Virus record (IMG/VR): IMGVR_UViG_3300032266_001011
Span: 1-29,710 of that record
Length of the DNA stretch: 29,710 nucleotides
From: a virus
Taxonomy: Duplodnaviria; Caudoviricetes
Strand: one strand, 5' to 3'
The notes below the pieces were generated by a model. It searched no databases, was not told the DNA's origin, and was given only the letters and a program-made list of their open reading frames with translations. Positions 1-8,842 of this stretch are shown here, one piece after another (position 1 is the first letter of the stretch; each line of letters begins with the position of its first letter). The position numbers and the translations under genes were made by a program.

Positions 1-2
1 TG

Positions 3-2360
3 CGTGGCATGTTTGTGGAAACACGAATTGACCCACGTATAGAATCAGCTTTGCCCATGTTGGCAAAGATACAACAGGAAGCAAAAGCTATGAAAGAAGC
101 AGATATATTTGAATCATGGGCTGCCAGATTGGTAGAAGGAACCTGGGCCATGCCCGATACTCCAGAAAAGATGACTCGACTCAAAGACTGGTTGAGTCAG
201 CCGCGACCCCTGGGTCCTGACGCCGAGAATGTCACAGATGTGTTATATGATCTGATTGGTGATGATGCATTGTTTGATCAACTTGCAGCCATGGCCGAAG
301 AAGATCCTGATGCAGATGCTGTGCCTTTGGTACAATCCTGGATCACTCGCAACAAAGATCAGAGTCCTGAACTGAGTGAACTGGCAGCAAGTTTCCAAAC
401 TGCTGCACCTGCTGCTCCGGCAGCGCCCGCCGCACCTGCACCAGCAGCAGAGGTACCACCCGCTGCTCCTGCAGCACCAGCACCTGTAGCAGAAAATCTC
501 AATGTGTTCCGTAGACTAGCAGGTATGTCAGAGTCAATTGTAGACCAATCATCAGATGAAACTATGGATGATCCCGACCAGGATGACAAAATAGCAAATT
601 TCCAGAAGATTGGACAACCGATGAATGCAGTAGTTGGTTCACAGCGTACAACCACTGACACAGGCAACGGCAATCCAGATTTCCAAGAGAGAATAGCCAG
701 CGTTACGGGCCCCGATGGTCAAGGCATGTACAAAGTCACTGTTATACACAATGATAATATCGCTTCAAGCTATCTTACAAAAAATCCTCCACGCAACCCA
801 CAATTTTTTGGAAAAGATGTAGACGAAGGCGACAATCTCCAAACTTTTGAAAGTCTGCAACGTATGCGTCGACTAGCAGGCATGCCTGTAAACGAAAATG
901 TATTGACAGACAACACACATCACACATTGAAGCACATACTGCACACATTCCGGCGTGACATCCACGACTTCCTCCAGCACGGAGATCTCAGCGATCACTT
1001 GTACGATGCATTGTTTGACTACTATCACGATGACATGCCCTATGGTGTGGCCAAAGCACGTTCAGGTGATCCCTACGAATGGATCAGTGATCGACTGTAT
1101 CAGGATCTAGGCGATCATGGTATGTTAGATGAGGGTATGTTGACCGAAAAAGGCACATTCCTTCCCAATGCTACTCCCGAAGAGCAAGAGGCTCAATTGA
1201 AAAAGGATGAAGAAGGTCGTGAGGCTATTAGCAAAGCCACGGTTTGGCCAGCACCAGCACCAGCACCAGCACCAGCACCAGCACCAGCACCAGCGCCAGC
1301 GGCACCTTCTCCATACGGCGGCCCTCCTAAAACACATGGACCAGTCCAGTTACCGTTTATGACGGCTCAACCTGCTAAGGGTACATTCGCACAAAAAGTT
1401 GCGGCCGAACAAGTCTATGCCGCTGCCAGACGAGCCGGCAAAACTAATGCTGAAGCCGAAGCAGCAGAACAAGACGCATTAACAGGCGTTACACACAATC
1501 TAGACGGTACACTAAAGGTACCAGCACCAGCACCAGCACCAGCACCAGCACCAGCACCAGCACCAGCACCAGCGCCAGCACCAGCACCAGCACCAGCACC
1601 AGCACCAGCACCAGCACCAGCGCCTGCTCCGGAGCCAGCCGCAGCAACACCACCAAGAGGTGTTAATTTCGACCCTGCCTATTTGGCAGCAGCTGCCAAG
1701 GGCGGACCGGGTATGTCTATGGTCAGTCCGCAAGATGCACAGGCTGCATTAGCATGGTTGAAACAAAATCCAAATTATAAATCGGGCAGCGGAGCAACCA
1801 CTCGAGGTCTTAAAGAATGCAACTACACCATGGAAAACGAATACTGCCCTGTGCATGGACTTGAGGAATGCTATGGACAAGGTGTTTACGAGTCTGAACT
1901 GGCAAGAATCAAATCTCTTGCTCGCAACATCAACAAAGACTCCATGGACGAAGCAGATTATGATTTGGGCTATCAGGACAATCAACTGCCATTTGCACAT
2001 CAAGGCACCCCTGGAGCAAACAATTATGAATATACAATGCCGGCCAATGCTGCCGAAAGAGAGCAAGATGTTAAAGATTTTGGACACCTGACAAAAAATC
2101 TAAATCTAGGCAACCCTGCCAGCCCCATCAACAAAAATGTAAATCCCTACGGCAGCAAAGCAGTTCCGTTTGGCCAAAACGGTACAACAACCGTGGGTTA
2201 CAACATGCCAGCCAACGCCGAAGAACGCGCCGCTGACTTGAAAGACTTTGGCCAACTGACGAAGAAATTTAATCTAGGCAGTAATCGAGCACCAGCCATG
2301 GAAGACAAAACTTTTGATGCTGAACTGGCAAGAATAAAATCACTTAGTTCGCTCAAATGA
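3..2360 (+). CDS. Large low-complexity modular protein with Pro-Ala linkers, putative internal head/virion protein (probably 5'-truncated)
   Basis: 783-aa ORF from ATG 9, but the frame is open to the window edge. It has PA-rich linkers, four copies of an E-x-L-x-R-x-[RK]-x-L-A-like motif, a CNYTMENEYCPVHGLEEC Cys motif and an acidic composition. Confidence 0.6.
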   Translation, partial: RGMFVETRIDPRIESALPMLAKIQQEAKAMKEADIFESWAARLVEGTWAMPDTPEKMTRLKDWLSQPRPLGPDAENVTDVLYDLIGDDALFDQLAAMAEEDPDADAVPLVQSWITRNKDQSPELSELAASFQTAAPAAPAAPAAPAPAAEVPPAAPAAPAPVAENLNVFRRLAGMSESIVDQSSDETMDDPDQDDKIANFQKIGQPMNAVVGSQRTTTDTGNGNPDFQERIASVTGPDGQGMYKVTVIHNDNIASSYLTKNPPRNPQFFGKDVDEGDNLQTFESLQRMRRLAGMPVNENVLTDNTHHTLKHILHTFRRDIHDFLQHGDLSDHLYDALFDYYHDDMPYGVAKARSGDPYEWISDRLYQDLGDHGMLDEGMLTEKGTFLPNATPEEQEAQLKKDEEGREAISKATVWPAPAPAPAPAPAPAPAPAAPSPYGGPPKTHGPVQLPFMTAQPAKGTFAQKVAAEQVYAAARRAGKTNAEAEAAEQDALTGVTHNLDGTLKVPAPAPAPAPAPAPAPAPAPAPAPAPAPAPAPAPAPAPEPAAATPPRGVNFDPAYLAAAAKGGPGMSMVSPQDAQAALAWLKQNPNYKSGSGATTRGLKECNYTMENEYCPVHGLEECYGQGVYESELARIKSLARNINKDSMDEADYDLGYQDNQLPFAHQGTPGANNYEYTMPANAAEREQDVKDFGHLTKNLNLGNPASPINKNVNPYGSKAVPFGQNGTTTVGYNMPANAEERAADLKDFGQLTKKFNLGSNRAPAMEDKTFDAELARIKSLSSLK
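1248..1301 (+). repeat. (CCAGCA)n hexanucleotide tandem repeat encoding (Pro-Ala)n
   Basis: About 9 CCAGCA/CCAGCG units, directly visible. Confidence 0.95.
1521..1622 (+). repeat. (CCAGCA)n hexanucleotide tandem repeat encoding (Pro-Ala)n
   Basis: About 17 near-perfect CCAGCA units with rare CCAGCG variants. Confidence 0.95.
2031..2282 (+). repeat. Diverged internal duplication of ~28 codons
   Basis: YTMPANAAEREQDVKDFGHLTKNLNLG (from ~2031) vs YNMPANAEERAADLKDFGQLTKKFNLG (from ~2199). Confidence 0.9.
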
Positions 2361-2371
2361 CATAAATAAAC

Positions 2372-2400
2372 TTGACACTGAGACAAGAAGCGCATATACT
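2372..2400 (+). promoter_or_regulatory. sigma70-type (early) promoter for gp32, preceded by a late-type ATAAATA box at 2362-2368
   Basis: TTGACA (2372-2377), 17 nt, TATACT (2395-2400). Confidence 0.8.
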
Positions 2401-2421
2401 GCTAGGGTGTTTGCGCTTTTT
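2388..2421 (+). terminator. Putative intrinsic terminator overlapping the gp32 promoter -10 box
   Basis: AAGCGCA...TGCGCTT inverted repeat running into a T tract, just downstream of the ORF1 stop. Confidence 0.5.
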
Positions 2422-2497
2422 CATTTGTGGCACAGGCAACACAATCTAAATCATTAGATAGGCATTTAACATAGGCAACTTTATAGGAGAAAAAACT

Positions 2498-3481
2498 ATG
2501 GCAACTTTAGCAGAAATCAGAGCACGACTACAGGCAGCAGAGACCAAAGGCAAATCCGGAGGCAGCGGTGGAGACAATCCAATCTACCCACACTGGAACA
2601 TGGAAGAAGGCCAATCCGCAACTGTCCGATTCTTACCGGACGCAAACTCCAAAAACACATTCTTCTGGGTGGAACGGGCCATGATCCGACTGCCATTCAA
2701 TGGCGTCAAAGGAGAGATGGATTCCAAACAGGTCATGGTGCAGGTCCCATGTATGCACATGTGGAACGAAACTTGTCCAATCCTGTCCGAGGTCAGCCCT
2801 TGGTTCAAGGATCCCAGCTTAGAAGACATGGGTCGCAAATACTGGAAGAAACGCAGTTATGTGTTCCAGGGCTTTGTGCGTGAGAACCCCATCGCTGACG
2901 ACAAGACACCGGCAAACCCAATCCGTCGTTTCATCATCGGACCACAGATCTTCACACTGATCAAGAGTGCGTTGATGGATCCAGAGTTGGAAAACTTGCC
3001 CACAGACATCATGAGTGGGTTGGACTTCCGTATCACCAAGACGCAGAAGGGCGGTTACGCTGACTACAACACTTCCAAGTGGGCTAGAAAAGAATCCGCA
3101 CTTACTGAAGAAGAACAAGCAGCCATCGAAACACATGGCCTGTTTGACTTGAGCACATTCTTGCCCAAGAAGCCCACTGATGTGGAACTCAAGGTCATGA
3201 AAGAAATGTTTGAAGCCAGTGTTGATGGCAAAGCATTTGACATGGAGCGTTGGGGACAATACTTCCGTCCAGCTGGTATGCAAGCACCTAGCGGTGCAGC
3301 CGCAGCAGATGTGGACGAAGATGTTCCAGTGGCCAAGTCGGCACCTGTGGCAAAGGCACCGGTGGATGCGTTCGACGATGAGGATACTCCTGTGGCAACC
3401 GCACCAGTGGCCAAGCCAGCAGAAGGCAACAAAAAGGCCGAGGACATCTTGGCCATGATCCGTAGCCGTCAGAACAAGTAA
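2498..3481 (+). CDS. gp32: T4 gp32-like single-stranded DNA-binding protein
   Basis: ATVRFLP, CPI..., RKYWKKRSY and DFRITKTQKGGYADYNTSKW motifs; acidic Ala/Pro-rich tail; AGGAG SD; upstream of uvsX/uvsY. Confidence 0.9.
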   Translation: MATLAEIRARLQAAETKGKSGGSGGDNPIYPHWNMEEGQSATVRFLPDANSKNTFFWVERAMIRLPFNGVKGEMDSKQVMVQVPCMHMWNETCPILSEVSPWFKDPSLEDMGRKYWKKRSYVFQGFVRENPIADDKTPANPIRRFIIGPQIFTLIKSALMDPELENLPTDIMSGLDFRITKTQKGGYADYNTSKWARKESALTEEEQAAIETHGLFDLSTFLPKKPTDVELKVMKEMFEASVDGKAFDMERWGQYFRPAGMQAPSGAAAADVDEDVPVAKSAPVAKAPVDAFDDEDTPVATAPVAKPAEGNKKAEDILAMIRSRQNK

Positions 3482-4402
3482 TTGACGTATTGTATAGACT
3501 ATAGAAATGGAGGCATGGGCAATACTGTTTTAGCCCATGTTCTCTATTCTTGTGGCCAGGTAGAAATAGATCTAGAAAACTTTTTTTCGGATGCAGGTAA
3601 TTCACATAAAATAGCAAACTTAAATCATACCAAGTTAAAAGCACATCATCTTATAGAATTTCCTGAACCTGATTTAGATTGCATATTGCAACTTAGATCC
3701 GACAATTGGTTTCACATTTTACAATTTAGAATGAGCTATTCTAAATGGTACACCAGTGTGCCGACTCTATCAAACTTGGATAATTTTTTTGACAGAAAAA
3801 TTCAAATCAAAGATGATTGGGTAAAATTTTACAATGTTGTACGTGATCCAAGTTGGCTTGATTGTATTTCTTATGAAGAAATTTATAAGTTGCCTAAATA
3901 TGCACAAGAAGAAATTCAAAATACATATCGACTTCCAAAAACGTCATTGGCAACTGAATCTGATCTAGTAGAATTTCTATCTGAAACATACTTTGATATG
4001 TTGATGCATCCTTATCATCCGTTTTTTGATGCACCAGTGTATCTGCTTAGTGACTACTTTGGAAAAAATGTACAGGCATTAGAACAGATTGCTGAAAGAT
4101 TAAACTGGAACTACAATTACCAACGCAGCGATGATTTTTATTTTGCAATGCTAATAGCAAATCAAAATCATTTGTCCTGGTTAGATAATATAAAACAAGT
4201 ACACAACAATATCATAAATTCAATTCAATCATCAGTTGATTTGCAGCCATGGGAAAGAGCATTGATTGTTGCTAAAAGTTGTATCACACTTGGGCGACAC
4301 CCAAGTACATTAAATTGGCAAGATAGTCATTGCTTTTTAGATAACAATAATATAACATTAATTAAATCATTACAAGGAAATCATCATGGGAAAACCATTT
4401 GA
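3482..4402 (+). CDS. Hypothetical protein, AT-rich insertion
   Basis: 306-aa ORF with TTG start. Visibly AT-richer than its flanks. N-terminal NGGMGN loop and a WVKFYNVVRDPSWLDC motif. Confidence 0.65.
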   Translation: MTYCIDYRNGGMGNTVLAHVLYSCGQVEIDLENFFSDAGNSHKIANLNHTKLKAHHLIEFPEPDLDCILQLRSDNWFHILQFRMSYSKWYTSVPTLSNLDNFFDRKIQIKDDWVKFYNVVRDPSWLDCISYEEIYKLPKYAQEEIQNTYRLPKTSLATESDLVEFLSETYFDMLMHPYHPFFDAPVYLLSDYFGKNVQALEQIAERLNWNYNYQRSDDFYFAMLIANQNHLSWLDNIKQVHNNIINSIQSSVDLQPWERALIVAKSCITLGRHPSTLNWQDSHCFLDNNNITLIKSLQGNHHGKTI

Positions 4403-5441
4403 CGTAAGTAAATTCCGCAAGGAAATCACCAAATCAATCGAAGGATTGAGCATTGGTTTCAATGATCCAACAGACTGGATCTCCACAGGCAACTATGCCT
4501 TGAATTATCTAATCTCCGGAGACTTTAACAAAGGTATTCCCTTGGGCAAAGTCACTGTGTTTGCAGGTGAATCGGGTGCAGGTAAATCATACATCTGCTC
4601 TGGCAATATCATCAAGAACGCCCAAGCACAGGGCATCTATGTGGTGTTGATCGACAGCGAAAACGCACTAGACGAAGACTGGCTCAAAGCCTTGGGTGTT
4701 GATACCAGCGATAGCAAACTACTCAAACTAAGCATGGCCATGATCGACGATGTGGCCAAAACAATCTCAACATTTATGAGCGACTACAAAGCCTTACCCG
4801 ATGGCGAACGGCCCAAGGTCATGTTTGTGATTGATAGCTTGGGCATGTTGCTTACACCCACTGATGTAAATCAATTTGATGCAGGCGAGATGAAAGGTGA
4901 TCTAGGTCGTAAGCCTAAAGCACTTACCAGTCTTGTTCGTAATTGTGTGAACATGTTTGGTAGTTACAATGTGGGCTTGGTATGTACCAATCACACATAC
5001 GCAAGTCAAGACATGTTTGATCCGGATGACAAGATCTCCGGCGGACAAGGTTTCATCTATGCTAGTTCAATCGTGGTGGCTATGAAGAAACTCAAACTCA
5101 AAGAGGATGAAGATGGCAACAAGATCTCAGATGTGATGGGGATCCGTGCTGCTTGCAAGGTCATGAAAACACGCTATGCAAAACCATTTGAAGGTGTGCA
5201 GGTCAAGATTCCTTATGAAACAGGAATGAGTCCTTTCTCCGGCATGGTGGATCTCATGGAGAAACGCAATCTGCTAAAGAAGGAAGGTAACAGCCTGGTG
5301 TTTGTGACCAGCGATGGTGAGATCATCAAGAAGTTCCGCAAGAAGTGGGAAGCCAATGAAGAAGGCTGTTTGGATCGTGCCATGGCAGACTTTGGAAATC
5401 ACAAAGAAGAGGTAAGTACCATCGAGGAGGCAGCAGAATGA
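4386..5441 (+). CDS. uvsX: UvsX/RecA-like recombinase
   Basis: ISTGNYALNYLISG, Walker A GESGAGKS, IDSENALD, Walker B VIDSLG, CTNHTY, SGGQG; AAGGA SD. Confidence 0.95.
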   Translation: MGKPFDVSKFRKEITKSIEGLSIGFNDPTDWISTGNYALNYLISGDFNKGIPLGKVTVFAGESGAGKSYICSGNIIKNAQAQGIYVVLIDSENALDEDWLKALGVDTSDSKLLKLSMAMIDDVAKTISTFMSDYKALPDGERPKVMFVIDSLGMLLTPTDVNQFDAGEMKGDLGRKPKALTSLVRNCVNMFGSYNVGLVCTNHTYASQDMFDPDDKISGGQGFIYASSIVVAMKKLKLKEDEDGNKISDVMGIRAACKVMKTRYAKPFEGVQVKIPYETGMSPFSGMVDLMEKRNLLKKEGNSLVFVTSDGEIIKKFRKKWEANEEGCLDRAMADFGNHKEEVSTIEEAAE

Positions 5442-5710
5442 ATGTAGCAGTGGCCAGCGAAATGTGGTCTGAACTCAAGCGTTATGTGAATACCGTGGAT
5501 CGAGATGAAGCGGCCGAAACAGTTGTGGCTATCTTGATCGACAACGACTGTGATGTGGATGATATCAAAGACACATTCAAGGGTGACACTGATATCAAAC
5601 GAGCATTGACCGCATATCTTGACAACGACAAATCATATACAGATGAAGATGATGAAGATGATGGTGTTGACGCAGAAGAAGACTATCACGAAGACGACTG
5701 GGAAAACTGA
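5438..5710 (+). CDS. Small acidic hypothetical protein
   Basis: 90 aa, ATGA-coupled to uvsX, D/E-rich C-terminus, GGAGG SD. Confidence 0.8.
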   Translation: MNVAVASEMWSELKRYVNTVDRDEAAETVVAILIDNDCDVDDIKDTFKGDTDIKRALTAYLDNDKSYTDEDDEDDGVDAEEDYHEDDWEN

Positions 5711-6162
5711 TGTGGTATAGCAAGGTAGTGGCCAACTTGGCGGCCATTCCTGATTTCATAGACCATTACGAAGCAGAACTTGATGCAGCCAAAAGAGATT
5801 GTAAAATCTCTGGTGTGCTGGAAAAGAACATCACTGCTTTGCCTGGTATCACGGAACAACGCTTCAATCAACTACAGGAGATTGAAGCAGTTCTAAACTA
5901 TCTCAATATCCAACTACGCAAGATACGTAGGAAACATTTCCAAAAATATCTAGAAGGCTATGCCCGCGCTCTTACGTCAAGAGATGCTGAAAAGTACGCA
6001 GAAGGCGAGGACGAAGTTGTGGACTTTGAAACCATTATCAACGAAGTAGCATTGCTACGCAATCGTTGGTTGGGTATCATGAAAGGGTTAGATACCAAAC
6101 AATGGCAGATGGGCCATGTGGTTCGTTTACGCACAGCGGGAATGGAAGATATTACAGTATGA
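5710..6162 (+). CDS. uvsY: UvsY-like recombination mediator
   Basis: 150-aa helical protein with KYLEGYARALTSRDAEKY..E and ..K.WQ motifs, in the uvsX operon. Confidence 0.75.
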   Translation: MWYSKVVANLAAIPDFIDHYEAELDAAKRDCKISGVLEKNITALPGITEQRFNQLQEIEAVLNYLNIQLRKIRRKHFQKYLEGYARALTSRDAEKYAEGEDEVVDFETIINEVALLRNRWLGIMKGLDTKQWQMGHVVRLRTAGMEDITV

Positions 6163-6186
6163 CCATTCGGAGTGATACATACTGTT

Positions 6187-7182
6187 ATGAAACGCACCGC
6201 ATTTGTAACAGGCATGACCGGCCAAGACGGTCCTTATCTCGCTCGACTCTTAGTTGAAAAAGGCTATCACGTATATGGCCTTGTCAAACGCTATTCAAAT
6301 CCTAATCTAGAAAATCTCCGTTGGCTGGGCATTGAGAACGATATCGAGTTGATCACCGGTGACATCACCGATGAAAACAACATGAATCATCTCATGCAAA
6401 CACTCAAACCTGCGGAAGTATACAATCTTGCAGCACAGAGTTTTGTGGGCGCCAGCTGGGATCTCAACAAGCTCACAACAGAAGTGAACTCTGTGGGTGT
6501 GTTGAACTTGCTCAACGCCATACGCACTCATAGCCCTAACACACGCTTCTATCAGGCCAGTACCAGTGAGATGTTTGGTAATGCTACCGAAGCAGGTGCC
6601 CAGGGCGAGCACACCCCATTCAGACCAAGAAGCCCATACGGCGTGAGCAAGTTGTACAGCCATTGGATGACCATTAACTTCCGTGAAAGTTACAGCTTAT
6701 ATGCCTGTTCTGGAATCTTGTTCAATCACGAAAGCCCGTTGCGTGGCCGTGAATTTGTCACACGCAAAGTCACAGACGGTGTTGCCCGTATCAAACTAGG
6801 ATTAGCCGACTCTATCACCTTGGGCAATTTAGATGCCAAAAGAGATTGGGGGTTTGCTGGGGACTTTGTGGAAGCCATGTGGTTGATGCTACAACAACCT
6901 ACTGCTCGGGACCATGTGATCGCTACCGGCGAGCAGCACAGCATTGGTGAACTGTGCGATGTAGCATTCCGACATGCGGGTATTGCAGATTGGTCGACAC
7001 TTGTAAAGTCTGATCCAAGATTCAAACGCCCTGCTGAACTGTATAGTCTACATGGCGACAGCACTTCTGCCCGAACCATACTAGGATGGCAGCCACGAAC
7101 TGACTTTGCCACCATGATCCAACACATGGTGGATGCTGATCTAAAGAGACTTCAACCTGCCCAGCAGTCTGCTCACAGGTAA
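6187..7182 (+). CDS. gmd: GDP-mannose 4,6-dehydratase
   Basis: TGMTGQDG, YNLAAQSFV, QASTSEMFG, SPYGVSK (YxxxK), LFNHESPLRG, RDWG. Start set at ATG 6187. Confidence 0.97.
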   Translation: MKRTAFVTGMTGQDGPYLARLLVEKGYHVYGLVKRYSNPNLENLRWLGIENDIELITGDITDENNMNHLMQTLKPAEVYNLAAQSFVGASWDLNKLTTEVNSVGVLNLLNAIRTHSPNTRFYQASTSEMFGNATEAGAQGEHTPFRPRSPYGVSKLYSHWMTINFRESYSLYACSGILFNHESPLRGREFVTRKVTDGVARIKLGLADSITLGNLDAKRDWGFAGDFVEAMWLMLQQPTARDHVIATGEQHSIGELCDVAFRHAGIADWSTLVKSDPRFKRPAELYSLHGDSTSARTILGWQPRTDFATMIQHMVDADLKRLQPAQQSAHR

Positions 7183-7986
7183 CCCCGATCGTATTTCTCC
7201 CAGTGTCCACTCTGTGTGACACAGTTTTTCTAACCACTCTGCTCTATCGGGCATGAGTGGTTTTTCTATCTGAGCAAAGTCATGATTGGCCACTGGCGCT
7301 GCCATGCTGTATGCACCCACAAACGCCGGCACACCATCAATGATGGCTTGACTACCCGGACCGGAGTTTTCATTGACCACGGCCCAGGCACGACCTAGAT
7401 TGCTGCGGAAATCAAACTCATCATAGGTTCCACGCAAAGCCTGTGGTTGTTGTATCTGCACACCGGGCATGGGTTTTAATCGTTGCCTGGGATGCGGACG
7501 CACTATGATCTTGCGATCAGTATGTGCTCGTATGCGATCCACAGTTTGTTGTAACCATGTTTCTGGTGCAGGCAGTCCTGCCCATTGCTCACTGTCACTT
7601 CGTTGCATGGCTATCAAGACATGATCGCCCTGGTGCCAGGGTTGTAGTCTCACTGCGAGTTTATCGACTCGTCCTGCTTCCGTTCCGTCTCCCCACCAGG
7701 CACGAGCGTTCACGCCGTTGACGCCCAGTTTCCAGGTCACACCACGCATGAGTTGCCCTACTTCTAGCACTATTACCGGGCGTCCAGCTGCTTTAAATTC
7801 CTGCCACACAGCACGATTGGGTGCCATACGCCCGGCCCATAACTGGCTCCAGATCACAGCCACATCTGCTGCGGAGTTGTGCTCGGTCACACGTATACCA
7901 TGCCGTTTACAGCCTTCTCGGAATGCTTCAAACACAGGTACAGAATTCAGTGCACCAAATCTATTAAAAATACTAATGTTGATCAT
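7141..7986 (-). CDS. KpsS/KpsC-like (capsule polysaccharide synthesis family) GT-B glycosyltransferase, paralog 1
   Basis: AMQRSDS, IIVRPHP, AWAVVNENSGPGSQAIIDGVPAF, QWT-like terminal EWT. Confidence 0.65.
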   Translation of the reverse strand: MINISIFNRFGALNSVPVFEAFREGCKRHGIRVTEHNSAADVAVIWSQLWAGRMAPNRAVWQEFKAAGRPVIVLEVGQLMRGVTWKLGVNGVNARAWWGDGTEAGRVDKLAVRLQPWHQGDHVLIAMQRSDSEQWAGLPAPETWLQQTVDRIRAHTDRKIIVRPHPRQRLKPMPGVQIQQPQALRGTYDEFDFRSNLGRAWAVVNENSGPGSQAIIDGVPAFVGAYSMAAPVANHDFAQIEKPLMPDRAEWLEKLCHTEWTLGEIRSGLPVSRLLGRLKSL

Positions 7987-7993
7987 ATTGTAG

Positions 7994-7999
7994 TAAATA
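7994..7999 (+). promoter_or_regulatory. Late-type TAAATA box in a divergent intergenic gap
   Basis: gTAAATA in the 34-nt gap between 7986(-) and 8021(+). A TAACTA variant lies on the minus strand at 7998-8003. Confidence 0.5.
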
Positions 8000-8020
8000 G
8001 TTATTCAAACTTGGAAGCCT

Positions 8021-8842
8021 ATGACAAAATACGCAGTGGTCACAACATTCAACCAATCAGGATACAGCAAGTATGCCAGTCGAATGATTGATACATTCAT
8101 ACAGCATTGGCCCGGTGAAGTAGATCTTTATGTGTACACAGAAGACTGCGAAATCACACAAACAGCGCATAATCTACATGTGCGAAACTTGCATGAAGTC
8201 AGTCCTGAGATAGTGGCCTTCAAACAGCGATGGGGAGCCGACCCTAGAGCTCGCGGAGAAGTGGCCACAGGTCCTGCAGATGCCAAGGGCAAAGCACCTG
8301 GAATAGGATTCCGCTGGGATGCCATACGCTTCTGCCACAAAGCCTACAGTGTGTTCCATGCTGCTGCCAATTGTTCAGCTGATATTTTATTCTGGATGGA
8401 TGCCGACATGGTGTGCCATACCAGACTCAACGAAGCATTTTTAGTGCTCCAGATATCCGGAGATGTAGGGCTTGCATACCTGGGCAGAGAAAAGAAGTTC
8501 AGCGAGTGCGGATTATATGGCATGAACTTAAACGATCCCATCACTAGATTATGGCTCGGAGAGTTTCAACTGGCATATGATTCCGGCCGCCTTATGACCA
8601 TGGCTGAATGGAACGATTGCTGGGTGTTTGATGAGACCAGAAAAGAAGTGCAGGCACTACACCCTGAGTGGAAGGTGTTGAACTGGAGCGCCGGCTTGAT
8701 CAAAGGAGAAGGGCATCCACTGATCAACACAGCCTGGGGTGCATATCTAGATCATCTCAAGGGCAATAGAAAGAACACCGGGCGCAGCAATCACAAAGAT
8801 CTCATACGCCCCAGAAACGAACGATATTGGCGCACTGCCTAG
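8021..8842 (+). CDS. GT-A fold nucleotide-sugar glycosyltransferase (DxD), paralog A
   Basis: VVTTF start, RFCHKAY, FWMDADM (DxD), SECG, DCWVF, YLDHLKG. Confidence 0.75.
   Translation: MTKYAVVTTFNQSGYSKYASRMIDTFIQHWPGEVDLYVYTEDCEITQTAHNLHVRNLHEVSPEIVAFKQRWGADPRARGEVATGPADAKGKAPGIGFRWDAIRFCHKAYSVFHAAANCSADILFWMDADMVCHTRLNEAFLVLQISGDVGLAYLGREKKFSECGLYGMNLNDPITRLWLGEFQLAYDSGRLMTMAEWNDCWVFDETRKEVQALHPEWKVLNWSAGLIKGEGHPLINTAWGAYLDHLKGNRKNTGRSNHKDLIRPRNERYWRTA

Noticed and set aside
1248-1622. Repeats as a possible CRISPR array
   Set aside because: These are 6-bp tandem units without spacers, in frame within a CDS.
1125-1733. Minus-strand ORFs encoding (WC)n repeats
   Set aside because: They are antisense shadows of the (CCAGCA)n Pro-Ala tracts and have no independent expression signals.
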